A program made the translations under genes and the position numbers. A DNA stretch of 64,000 nt from Myxococcota bacterium (GTDB taxonomy: Bacteria > Myxococcota_A > SURF-8). The stretch's first letter is position 1. Each line of letters begins with the position of its first letter. Under the pieces are notes generated by a model. The model saw only the letters and a program-made list of their open reading frames with translations. It had not been told where the DNA came from and did no database searches. The stretch is taken from NCBI GenBank assembly GCA_965140415.1, contig OZ223209.1, positions 3,584,001 to 3,648,000 of the forward strand. Reading direction: 5' to 3'. Shown here piece after piece: positions 40,398 to 49,188 of this stretch.

Positions 40398-41986
40398 AGT
40401 CGTTCGGGTTGGCCGCCGCGCTGACGCTGCTCTCCGGCCTACTGCTTTCTCTCGCTCATCCTTCCGCACTACCACTGATCACCACTTCGGAAGGTTATAT
40501 TTTAGACACCGGCTGGCAGGAAATTCTGGCTTGGTTCGGATTGGTTCCTTTTCTGTTCGTGGCGACACGGCTACGCGGGTATAAACTGTTTCTGGCCAGT
40601 TTTGGACTGACCACCTTCTACTTTTTCCTGTCGCTGTACTGGATCAATATCGCCGTCACGATTTACGGAAATATCCACTGGGGATTCTCTCTGTTGATTT
40701 CGTTGGCGCTTGCCATGCTGGTAGGTATTCAACTGGCTTTCGGTATGACGTTCGGTGTTATTATCCACCGTAGACTTAAACTGCCGTTATCCTTCACTCT
40801 TCCCGTTTCTGTCGTGGCGTGGGAGTTATTGCGTAATTACTTTTTCACGGGCTTTCCCTGGCAAAATCTGGCCTATAGCCAACACCTGAACCTGCCTGTA
40901 TTGCAAACATCAGCGATCTGGGGCATTTACGGAATTTTGTTCATGCTGATTCTATGCAATACAATCATGTTCGAGTTGATCCGGTGGTGGCGCAATCGCG
41001 AACAACCACTTCCCAATGCCACCGCAACGGCACTTTTAATCGCGATGGTCGCCTTCAGCTATGCATACGGAGTCTATCGGTTGTGGGCTAACGAACAGAT
41101 GGAAGCGGCAGCTCCGAAACTGAAAGCCGCCATGGTGCAGGGCAACATCGATCAGACCATCAAAAACAGTTCTTATCGCTATGCTCGTAAAATTCTGGAA
41201 GTGTACACAGGGTTAAGTGAGCAGATTCCCACCGATACCGATCTGGTTGTCTGGCCCGAAGCCGCTTATCCTTACAATATTCCCCGTACTCAAGACAGCT
41301 TTAAGCGCTTGTTTTTCGGCGAGCTGAGCCTGCAAGCTCCCTGGCATATGCTTGTGGGAGCAGCTACCTATTCGGTTCATGAAGGGGAGCGTCACTATTA
41401 TAACTCCGGTTTTCTGCTTTCTCCTCACTTGCAGGTGCTCGACGCTTTCGACAAAAGCCACTTGGTACCATTTGGCGAATATGTCCCGCTAAGCGAGATC
41501 ATTCGGGTCGGCAAAGTGATTCCTCAAGCGGGCATGTTCTATCCTGGAGAACTGGGTGACGGCTTGCAGATGGGCGATAAAAGTCTGGGCGTTTTAATCT
41601 GTTATGAAGGCATCTTCCCGGAAATCGCCCGTGAATACGCTAGAGTCGGAGTACACTTTCTGGTCAACCTGACCAACGATGCCTGGTATGGAGTCTCCAG
41701 CGCCCCCTTCCAGCATCTTGCCTTTTATACCTTCCGGGCGGCTGAAACGCGCAAAGCGCTGCTGCGCGTCGCCAACACCGGCATTACCACCGCCATCGAC
41801 AGTTCCGGGCGTATCGGCAAAGGCAGTCACCTTTTTGAGCGCACGGTCGTGATGGCCACCATTCCTCTGCTTACCGAGCGAACCATTTACAGCTATATCG
41901 GCGACGTTCCCGCTTGGATACTGGTACTGCTCTGGTTCGTCTGGGTTTTACGCAGTCTGAAAGCTGCCCGACTCGAAAAGAAATGA
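40394..41986 (+). CDS. lnt: Apolipoprotein N-acyltransferase
   Basis: TGFPW, VQGNI, WPE, KSHLVPFGEY, ICYE, TNDAWY, RVANTG. Confidence 0.96.
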   Translation: MKSFGLAAALTLLSGLLLSLAHPSALPLITTSEGYILDTGWQEILAWFGLVPFLFVATRLRGYKLFLASFGLTTFYFFLSLYWINIAVTIYGNIHWGFSLLISLALAMLVGIQLAFGMTFGVIIHRRLKLPLSFTLPVSVVAWELLRNYFFTGFPWQNLAYSQHLNLPVLQTSAIWGIYGILFMLILCNTIMFELIRWWRNREQPLPNATATALLIAMVAFSYAYGVYRLWANEQMEAAAPKLKAAMVQGNIDQTIKNSSYRYARKILEVYTGLSEQIPTDTDLVVWPEAAYPYNIPRTQDSFKRLFFGELSLQAPWHMLVGAATYSVHEGERHYYNSGFLLSPHLQVLDAFDKSHLVPFGEYVPLSEIIRVGKVIPQAGMFYPGELGDGLQMGDKSLGVLICYEGIFPEIAREYARVGVHFLVNLTNDAWYGVSSAPFQHLAFYTFRAAETRKALLRVANTGITTAIDSSGRIGKGSHLFERTVVMATIPLLTERTIYSYIGDVPAWILVLLWFVWVLRSLKAARLEKK

Positions 41987-42038
41987 CAGATTCCGACAAA
42001 GCCCGTTCACAAACGTTTGGCTTTGATGTAAAAGGAAC

Positions 42039-42067
42039 TTGCCTGTGCAAAGGATTTCCTTTATGGT
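42039..42067 (+). promoter_or_regulatory. Sigma70-type promoter of nfnAB
   Basis: TTGCCT-N17-TATGGT. Confidence 0.5.
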
Positions 42068-42147
42068 ACGCGCGGATTCTACAATTGAATCCGACCGGCT
42101 AGCAGCACATGAAAATCGACGACTGACGGCATGTAAAGGGAGGCCAC

Positions 42148-43041
42148 ATGAATAAGATTCTGGATAAAAAACAATTGGCGGATCGCATCTGGTATTATCG
42201 TATTCACGCTCCCTTGATTGCCAAACGACGAAAACCGGGTCAATTCATCATTCTACGTGTATGGGATGGCGGCGAACGCATCCCCTTGACGATCGCCGAT
42301 GCCGACACGGACGAAGGCAGTATCACCCTGATCGTGCAGGAAGTCGGAAAAACCACGGCAATGCTGGCAGATCTGAACATAGGAGATGATATCCTGGATC
42401 TGGCAGGACCGCTGGGACACCCCACGCACATCGACAATTTCGGCACGGTGGTCATGGTCGGAGGCGGAATCGGCACTGCACCGGCGCATCCGATCGCCCA
42501 GGCGATGAAAGCCGCCGGTAATCGAGTGATCACCATCATCGGCGCGCGAAATACGGATCTGATCGTTATGGAAGAAGAGATGCGCCGCGCCAGCGATGAA
42601 GTCATCATCGTAACCGACGATGGCAGCGCTGGAGAAAAAGGCTTTGTAACCAATGCGTTACAGAAGTTGATCGACGATGGTGTGAAAATCGACCAGGTTG
42701 TGGCCATCGGCCCCCCCATCATGATGAAGTTCGTTTCCGACTTGACGCGCCCCTACAAGATTCCCACCGTGGTTTCTTTAAACACCATTATGATCGACGG
42801 CACCGGTATGTGTGGCGGTTGTCGCATCTCCTATGACGGTCAAAACAAGTTCGTCTGCGTGGATGGTCCCGAATTCGACGGACACAAAGTCGATTTCGAC
42901 AACATGATGGCGCGTCTGTCCGCTTACCGGGAATACGAACAGGAATCCGTTCATGCCTATGAGCAGAACGGACATAAACTCGGTGAACACGGTTGTCACC
43001 TTCAGCAAGTCGCCAAAACACCGAATGGATCCGGGAACTAA
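42148..43041 (+). CDS. nfnA: NADH-dependent reduced ferredoxin:NADP+ oxidoreductase small subunit (NfnA/SudB-like)
   Basis: PGQF, GERIPLTIAD, GPLG, GGGIG, MIDGTGMCGGCR, CVDGPEFDGH; adjacent to the large subunit. Confidence 0.88.
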   Translation: MNKILDKKQLADRIWYYRIHAPLIAKRRKPGQFIILRVWDGGERIPLTIADADTDEGSITLIVQEVGKTTAMLADLNIGDDILDLAGPLGHPTHIDNFGTVVMVGGGIGTAPAHPIAQAMKAAGNRVITIIGARNTDLIVMEEEMRRASDEVIIVTDDGSAGEKGFVTNALQKLIDDGVKIDQVVAIGPPIMMKFVSDLTRPYKIPTVVSLNTIMIDGTGMCGGCRISYDGQNKFVCVDGPEFDGHKVDFDNMMARLSAYREYEQESVHAYEQNGHKLGEHGCHLQQVAKTPNGSGN

Positions 43042-43056
43042 ACGGGGGAAAAGAAG

Positions 43057-44535
43057 ATGTCAGACACCAAGAAGCAAACATTCGAAGAGTTGATCGCCCG
43101 CTATCCGGAAATGAAGGCTAAAGATAAAATTGCCTTGGAACAACAACCGATGCCGGAACAAAAACCGGAAGTACGACGTCACAATATCGATGAAGTACCG
43201 CTGGGTTACGATGAATTTAGCGCACGTCTGGAAGCGATGCGCTGCTTGGACTGCAAAAAGAAACCCTGCGTGCAGGGTTGCCCTGTCAATATCGATATCC
43301 CGAGTTTTGTCAAGCACATCCGTGATGGCGAATTTCAACAGGCCATCAATGTCATTCGTGACAGCAACTGCCTACCCGCCGTTACCGGGCGCGTTTGTCC
43401 GCAAGAGTTACAGTGCATGGCGCAATGCACGGTCGGCAAATCCTTGAAAGATCCGGAAAAAGCGGTAGCCATCGGACGCCTCGAGCGCTTTGTGGCGGAT
43501 TGGGAGCGCACGAATGACAAGTTGGAAATCCCCGAACTTCCCAAAGGCAACGGCAAGCGTGTCGCGGTAGTCGGCTCGGGTCCGGCAGGATTGACTGTAG
43601 CTGGCGATCTTGCGCGCATGGGCTACCAGGTCACGGTGTTTGAGGCTTTCCACAAAATGGGCGGCGTGCTGGTCTACGGAATTCCTGAATTCCGGCTACC
43701 GAAAGCCATCGTGCAATCCGAAGTAGACATCTTGAAAAAGCTTGGAGTCACTTTCGAACCCAATACGGTGATCGGCTACACCATCACGGTGGATGAACTG
43801 CTGAACGAAGAAGGCTTCGATGCGGTTTTCGTTGGCACGGGCGCTGGACTGCCTTACTTCATGAATATCAAGGGCGAGGAACTGATCGGTGTCTATTCTG
43901 CAAACGAATACCTGACGCGCGCCAATCTGATGCAAGCCTACAGTTTCCCGAAAACGGACACACCGACGATCCGCTCGAAAAACGTGGCGGTCTTCGGTGG
44001 AGGCAACGTCGCCATGGACTCCGCACGCACAGCACTGCGGCTTGGTGCAGAAAACGTCTACTTGGTTTATCGACGCAGCGAGCAGGAGATGCCCGCCCGT
44101 GTCGAGGAAGTGCATCATGCCAAACAAGAAGGCGTGCAGTTCAAACTGCTTACGAATCCAATTGAAATCCTAAGCGATAAAAAAGGCTGGGTGCGCGCAA
44201 TCAACGTGATCCAGATGGAACTGGGCGAACCGGACGCTTCCGGTCGCCGTCGTCCCATGCCAATCGCCGGATCGGAAACGGAAATCGAAGTGGATACGGT
44301 CATCGAGGCCATCGGCAACGGAGCCAATCCCCTGGTTCCGTCCACCACACCGGGACTGGATACCAATAAGTGGGGAAATATTCTGGCTGACAAGGAAACC
44401 GCCAAAACCAGCAAGCCCGGTGTATTCGCAGGTGGTGACATCGTGCTGGGTGCGGCTACAGTCATTCTGGCGATGGGCGAAGGTCGCCGGGCGGCGCGCC
44501 ACATCCATGAATATTTACAGTCGGGTAAATGGTAA
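43057..44535 (+). CDS. nfnB: NfnB/SudA-like large subunit (GltD-like flavoprotein with 4Fe-4S clusters)
   Basis: RCLDCKKKPCVQGCP, GRVCPQE, GSGPAG, YGIPEFRLP, GGGNVAMD, GGDIVLGAATVI; no gltB nearby. Confidence 0.88.
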   Translation: MSDTKKQTFEELIARYPEMKAKDKIALEQQPMPEQKPEVRRHNIDEVPLGYDEFSARLEAMRCLDCKKKPCVQGCPVNIDIPSFVKHIRDGEFQQAINVIRDSNCLPAVTGRVCPQELQCMAQCTVGKSLKDPEKAVAIGRLERFVADWERTNDKLEIPELPKGNGKRVAVVGSGPAGLTVAGDLARMGYQVTVFEAFHKMGGVLVYGIPEFRLPKAIVQSEVDILKKLGVTFEPNTVIGYTITVDELLNEEGFDAVFVGTGAGLPYFMNIKGEELIGVYSANEYLTRANLMQAYSFPKTDTPTIRSKNVAVFGGGNVAMDSARTALRLGAENVYLVYRRSEQEMPARVEEVHHAKQEGVQFKLLTNPIEILSDKKGWVRAINVIQMELGEPDASGRRRPMPIAGSETEIEVDTVIEAIGNGANPLVPSTTPGLDTNKWGNILADKETAKTSKPGVFAGGDIVLGAATVILAMGEGRRAARHIHEYLQSGKW

Positions 44536-44562
44536 TTTTCCACATTTTTCTCTATTCCAATT

Positions 44563-44590
44563 GCGGGTGAAGTGACTTTCACCCGCTTTT
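44563..44590 (+). terminator. Intrinsic terminator after nfnAB
   Basis: GCGGGTGAA-N6-TTCACCCGC-TTTT. Confidence 0.85.
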
Positions 44591-44654
44591 CGATGTTCAT
44601 AACCCGGGCAACCAGGTATTATCGTAGGAATTCTGCGCCTGGAAGAGGAGTGTC

Positions 44655-45866
44655 ATGAGTAAAGCCATCAAGTCGTTTTTTGCAACCTGTTCGCATGGTC
44701 TGGAACAGGTACTGACACAGGAACTAACACTCCTGGGTTTCAGAAATGTGCGCACAGCCCGCCAGGGAGCGGAATTTACCGGTCCTTTGGAAGAAGGCTG
44801 GCGAGCCTGTTTGTGGTCCCGAACTGCCAGTCGCATTCTCATGCCGATTGCGGAATTCAAAGCTTTCAAAGCCAGAGAGATCTACAATCATGCAAAAAAG
44901 GTGCGCTGGGAAGATCATATGAGTTCGCTGGGAACCTTTGCCATTCAAGGCATCGGCACCAATAGCGAAATCCGCCATTCCGGCTTTCTGGCATTGACGG
45001 TCAAAGATGCCGTGGTCGATCGCATGCGCGAGAAGGTGGGACGACGTCCCAATGTGGACAAGGAAGACCCGGATGTGCAGATCATGGCTCGCATCATCAA
45101 CGAACAAGTGACACTCTCGCTGGATCTTTCGGGACGCGGTCTGCATCGACGCGGCTGGCGCAGCCGTCACATCGAAACGCCGATCCGGGAGACGCTGGCT
45201 GCATCGTTATTGCAAGCGGCAGGTTACAGGGGCGAACGAGTATTCTTCGATCCGATGTGCGGTTCAGGTACATTTTTGATCGAAGCGGCGGAACTGGCGC
45301 TGGGACTGGCACCGGGACGCAACAACACTTTCGGCATCGAGCGCTGGCCCTCCATTCCCCGACCTTTAAAGCGACAATTCTCGGCGGAAAAGCGAGAGGG
45401 AAACAAGCCAAAAAGCCCTAAGATTCCTATGATTTTCGGATCGGACGTCAGCCCGGAAGCGGTCTCCGTCAGTCGCTATCACATCGAAAGCGCCGGTCTT
45501 GGACAGTACATCCGCCTGGATACCGCAGACGCTCGAAAAGCACGCATGCCGGCAGGAAAAGCATTGGTTGTTACCAATCCCCCTTACGGCGAACGTATCG
45601 AAGAACCGGAAGAGGAACTGCTGGCGTTATATCGCGAAATGGGCACGAACTGGAAGCACATGGGTGATGGTCGCGTGGCGATTTTCTGCTCCCATCCCGG
45701 TTTCAGGAAAGCCTTTGGTTTGAAACCTACTGAAACCATGCAACTTTTCAACGGCCCAATTCAGACTACGTTTTATATTTACGAAGTCGGCAGCCATTTC
45801 GTACCCACAACGAAAACCCGAAACAAGCGCCGAATTGTGAGGAATGCCAAGCTCTCCAGCAAATGA
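44655..45866 (+). CDS. rlmL: THUMP-domain class I SAM-dependent RNA methyltransferase (RlmL-like)
   Basis: LWSRTASRI, LDLSG..LHRRG, PIRETLAA, DPMCGSGT, NPPYGER. Confidence 0.8.
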   Translation: MSKAIKSFFATCSHGLEQVLTQELTLLGFRNVRTARQGAEFTGPLEEGWRACLWSRTASRILMPIAEFKAFKAREIYNHAKKVRWEDHMSSLGTFAIQGIGTNSEIRHSGFLALTVKDAVVDRMREKVGRRPNVDKEDPDVQIMARIINEQVTLSLDLSGRGLHRRGWRSRHIETPIRETLAASLLQAAGYRGERVFFDPMCGSGTFLIEAAELALGLAPGRNNTFGIERWPSIPRPLKRQFSAEKREGNKPKSPKIPMIFGSDVSPEAVSVSRYHIESAGLGQYIRLDTADARKARMPAGKALVVTNPPYGERIEEPEEELLALYREMGTNWKHMGDGRVAIFCSHPGFRKAFGLKPTETMQLFNGPIQTTFYIYEVGSHFVPTTKTRNKRRIVRNAKLSSK

Positions 45867-46696
45867 CCGAAAGGAAAAGCGCCATGAGCAGCGACAAACA
45901 GTTGACCGTCGGCCTGCTGCAAACCGACCCGATCTGGGAGGCACCGGATCAAAACATGGCGGCGATTGAAACATTGTTAGGTGAGCAGGATCTTTCCGGC
46001 GTCGATGTCGTCCTGCTGCCGGAAATGTTCACAACCGGGTTCAGTATGAATCCCGAACGTGTGGCCTCCGCAAATGGCGGCAAAGTCGAACGCTGGATGC
46101 AGCAGATGGCTAGGCGACACGACATGGCACTAATCGGTTCACACATCGAGGATACCGGGTCGGGATACGCCAACACGGCAGTGGCATTCGATGCGCAAGG
46201 CAATGAACTGGCTCGCTACCAAAAAGCGCATCTGTTCGTTCTCGAAAAGGACATTTACCAAGCAGGAGATGACGTCGTTTTCTTCGAACTCGGACCATTC
46301 AAAGCCTCGATGTTCATCTGCTACGATATACGCTTTCCAGAGCTATACCGCCACGCCAGTGCTTGCGGTGCCGAATTGATCTTCACGCCCGCCTGCTGGC
46401 CCGCTTCCCGCCGATACAACTGGGACTTGCTCACCTGTGCCCGCGCTCTGGAAAATCAATGCTTCCTTTGCGGCTGCAACCGTACCGGAAACGCCCCGGA
46501 AGAACGATATGACGGGCACTCCGTCATCGCCACGCCACGCGGGGAAGAGCTACTCAAACTCGACGACCTCCCCCAATTCGCCACAGCAACTATAGAGCGG
46601 GAATACCTGCTCAGTACCCGTAAAAACGTCCCCGCCCTTCAGGACAGACGGGAAGAGCTGTATCGAAACCTGATGATGCAGGGTAAAACACAATAG
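45863..46696 (+). CDS. Carbon-nitrogen hydrolase (YafV/Nit2 omega-amidase-like)
   Basis: Triad motifs LPEMF, YQKAHLF, ICYDIRFPE; ARALENQ. Alternative start at ATG 45884. Confidence 0.9.
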   Translation: MTERKSAMSSDKQLTVGLLQTDPIWEAPDQNMAAIETLLGEQDLSGVDVVLLPEMFTTGFSMNPERVASANGGKVERWMQQMARRHDMALIGSHIEDTGSGYANTAVAFDAQGNELARYQKAHLFVLEKDIYQAGDDVVFFELGPFKASMFICYDIRFPELYRHASACGAELIFTPACWPASRRYNWDLLTCARALENQCFLCGCNRTGNAPEERYDGHSVIATPRGEELLKLDDLPQFATATIEREYLLSTRKNVPALQDRREELYRNLMMQGKTQ

Positions 46697-46797
46697 GGAA
46701 TAATTGTTAGACTTAACAAAAGAAGTATTGGTTGCATTTTCAGATTTTTATTGTGATACTCTATGTGTCTGTCTATCAAATTACAGAAAATATAATA

Positions 46798-47442
46798 ATG
46801 TTAAGCACATCCAAAGCAAATAAAAAGCTTCCAACCTTGGAAAGAAATATTCTAAAATACCGAATTTTTGAGATGACTTTAATTTTGTTTCAAATTGAAG
46901 AATTTAAGAAGTATGTTGTTGCATCTATTCGCGCAACTGACGATTTTAATAGCACAATTAAGAAAAGTAATTGTGAGTCAGAGAAAAGCAAGAACTCCGC
47001 TGATTCCTTTCCAAATCAACGACTTCCTCCAAATATCGGAAAACTCTATGAAAAGGCATGGAAAGTATTAATTGCTGATGGAATAATCACTCAAGAAGAA
47101 AAAACAGAGATTGTAAAACTTATTGACTATAGAGATGATATCGCACATAGGATTCATTTGCTGACTTGCGATCTCAATAAAGACATCTTGTCTCAAGAGT
47201 TTTTACATAGAAAAAAGAATGAAGCAACATACGATTATCAGGCATTAACTAGAATTAGGTATTTTCGAGATAAATTCCAACGAGCCTGGAATGGCGTTCA
47301 TTGCATTTCACTAAACACTGAACTGTTTGAAAGTACGGAAGCAACTTTAAAACAAGAACTCAAAGTATTAGATAAGAGAATAAAATTACAGTATAAAAAA
47401 CGTAAAGAAGATATGGAAAGTTTGAGCGCTTTAAGAAAGTAA
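46798..47442 (+). CDS. AT-rich hypothetical all-helical protein with an RxxxxH (HEPN-like) motif
   Basis: Open frame 46732-47442 with probable ATG at 46798; YRDDIAH motif; sharp drop in GC. Confidence 0.65.
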   Translation: MLSTSKANKKLPTLERNILKYRIFEMTLILFQIEEFKKYVVASIRATDDFNSTIKKSNCESEKSKNSADSFPNQRLPPNIGKLYEKAWKVLIADGIITQEEKTEIVKLIDYRDDIAHRIHLLTCDLNKDILSQEFLHRKKNEATYDYQALTRIRYFRDKFQRAWNGVHCISLNTELFESTEATLKQELKVLDKRIKLQYKKRKEDMESLSALRK

Positions 47443-47517
47443 ATCTTCAACGTGTATTTTTTAATTTTGGACAGCGAATCTTAAGCCATTCCAATTACAG
47501 ACTTATCATCATTTGGA

Positions 47518-47546
47518 TTGCTCCCTGCGGCAGTCTGCGGTATATT
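47518..47546 (+). promoter_or_regulatory. Sigma70-type promoter of pgi
   Basis: TTGCTC-N17-TATATT. Confidence 0.5.
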
Positions 47547-47590
47547 ATGTTGTTTTCAACAATGAAAACCGATATCGGAGGGAAGCTAGC

Positions 47591-48973
47591 ATGGCGAAAA
47601 CAGCGCAACCGTTACGTTTCGATTTCTCGACCTGTCGGGGCAGAAACCGCATCAACCGTTACATGGAGCGCAAACTTACCAAGCAGGTATCTTCTGCACA
47701 AGCAAGATTGAAGGCCGAAGTCAACGCCGGTGAGTTGGGATTCTGGAAACTTCCCAACACCTATTTAAATAAGAAGACCATTGCACCAGTCCAAGCGGCT
47801 GCACGGCGTGTCCAGCGCGACTTCGACAACCTGGTGCTCATCGGCATCGGCGGCTCGGCTTTGGGAGCACGCATGTTGCAAAATGCGCTTTGTCATCGCT
47901 ATCACAACGAAGCCGTAACGGCCAAAGGCAAGGGTGTTCGCCTATATCTGCTGGAAAACGACGATCCCAAGAGCTTCTCCGATCTGATGGGATTACTAGA
48001 TCTCTCCCGTACCTGCTTCAACGTCATCAGCAAATCCGGCTCAACGGTGGAAACGATCAGCCAATTCGCGTTGGTAATGGATCGCCTGAAAAAAGAGTTC
48101 CCGAATAGCTGGAAAAAGCACCTTTTATTCACCACCGACCCGAAAAGCGGGAAACTGCGTGAACTGGCCGATCAGGAAGGCATCGATTGCCTGGATGTTC
48201 CTTCCGATGTCGGCGGGCGCTACTCGGTGCTAAGTCCGGTGGGACTCTTTCCTGCCCTGGTGCTGGGAGCGGATGCAAAAGCACTATTGAAGGGTGCGCA
48301 ACGTATGGCCAAGCGCTGCCTTTCGTCTAATCCGGAGGAAAACCCGGCCCTGCTTGGTGCGATGTTGCATGTGGTCGCGGATCAGCAGTTGAGCAAGAAT
48401 ATGGTGGTGGCCTTTCCCTATTCGGATCAACTACGAGACTGGACCGAGTGGTTCTGTCAGTTATGGGCGGAAAGCCTGGGTAAAAACACGGATAACCAAG
48501 GCCGCCCTGTACAAACCGGAACCACACCCATCAAAACGTTGGGAGCCATCGATCAACATAGCCAGATGCAGCTTTACATGGAAGGCCCGGACGACAAACT
48601 GTTCATGTTCCTGCGGGTAGAATCCTTCAAAACCACCCTGCCCTTCCCTCCGAAAAAGCGTCTTCATGAACCATTCCAATACCTTGCAGGACATTCCATG
48701 CAGGAATTGATTCAGGCCGAACAAACCGCCAGCCGCTTTGCTCTGAGAGAACAAAAACGCCTGACCTATCAAATCACACTCGACCGTGTTGACGCCGACG
48801 CCCTAGGTCAACTGATTTTCTGGGCGGAAGCGATGACGGTTTATGCCGGATACTTATATGACATCAATCCCTTTGATCAGCCGGGAGTGGAATTGGGCAA
48901 GAAGTTTGCCTATGGTCTGATGGGGCGCGAAGGTTTCGAGTCCTACCGGAAAAAGATCGAAAAAAGCAAATAG
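47591..48973 (+). CDS. pgi: Glucose-6-phosphate isomerase
   Basis: ATG 47591 after GGAGG; IGIGGS, ISKSGSTVET, VGGRYS, QLWAESLGK, DQHS, NPFDQPGVELGK. Confidence 0.97.
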   Translation: MAKTAQPLRFDFSTCRGRNRINRYMERKLTKQVSSAQARLKAEVNAGELGFWKLPNTYLNKKTIAPVQAAARRVQRDFDNLVLIGIGGSALGARMLQNALCHRYHNEAVTAKGKGVRLYLLENDDPKSFSDLMGLLDLSRTCFNVISKSGSTVETISQFALVMDRLKKEFPNSWKKHLLFTTDPKSGKLRELADQEGIDCLDVPSDVGGRYSVLSPVGLFPALVLGADAKALLKGAQRMAKRCLSSNPEENPALLGAMLHVVADQQLSKNMVVAFPYSDQLRDWTEWFCQLWAESLGKNTDNQGRPVQTGTTPIKTLGAIDQHSQMQLYMEGPDDKLFMFLRVESFKTTLPFPPKKRLHEPFQYLAGHSMQELIQAEQTASRFALREQKRLTYQITLDRVDADALGQLIFWAEAMTVYAGYLYDINPFDQPGVELGKKFAYGLMGREGFESYRKKIEKSK

Positions 48974-48993
48974 TTGGGAATCGTTATCGAATC

Positions 48994-49022
48994 TTGACAG
49001 AGACAAGGTGATTGGGTAAAGT
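48994..49022 (+). promoter_or_regulatory. Sigma70 promoter giving a leader of about 160 nt
   Basis: TTGACA-N17-TAAAGT. Confidence 0.7.
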
Positions 49023-49188
49023 GACGCCGTGTTGGCATGACAAAACTACGCCACAATAAAGACCGTAACGATAAACGACATACGTGCACGGCGCAGGCTG
49101 CCCACCCGATCGAGATCGTCTAAAATAGCTATTCCCTATTATTAGACGACAGGCGAATCGGAACAGCCTTCGCACGGAGGATACAGAA

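Noticed and set aside
43057-44535. Glutamate synthase small subunit (gltD) call
   Set aside because: No gltB is present and the upstream partner is NfnA-like.
46706-46712. GTTAGAC integron core-like site before the AT-rich gene
   Set aside because: No complementary inverse core or attC palindrome follows the gene, there is no integrase, and the heptamer is common by chance.
47528-47555. TATATTATGTT resembling the XerD arm of dif
   Set aside because: No XerC arm is present; it is explained as the pgi -10 element.
49025-49180. Retron msr-msd interpretation of the long hairpin
   Set aside because: There is no reverse transcriptase in the window; it is kept only as a structured leader.
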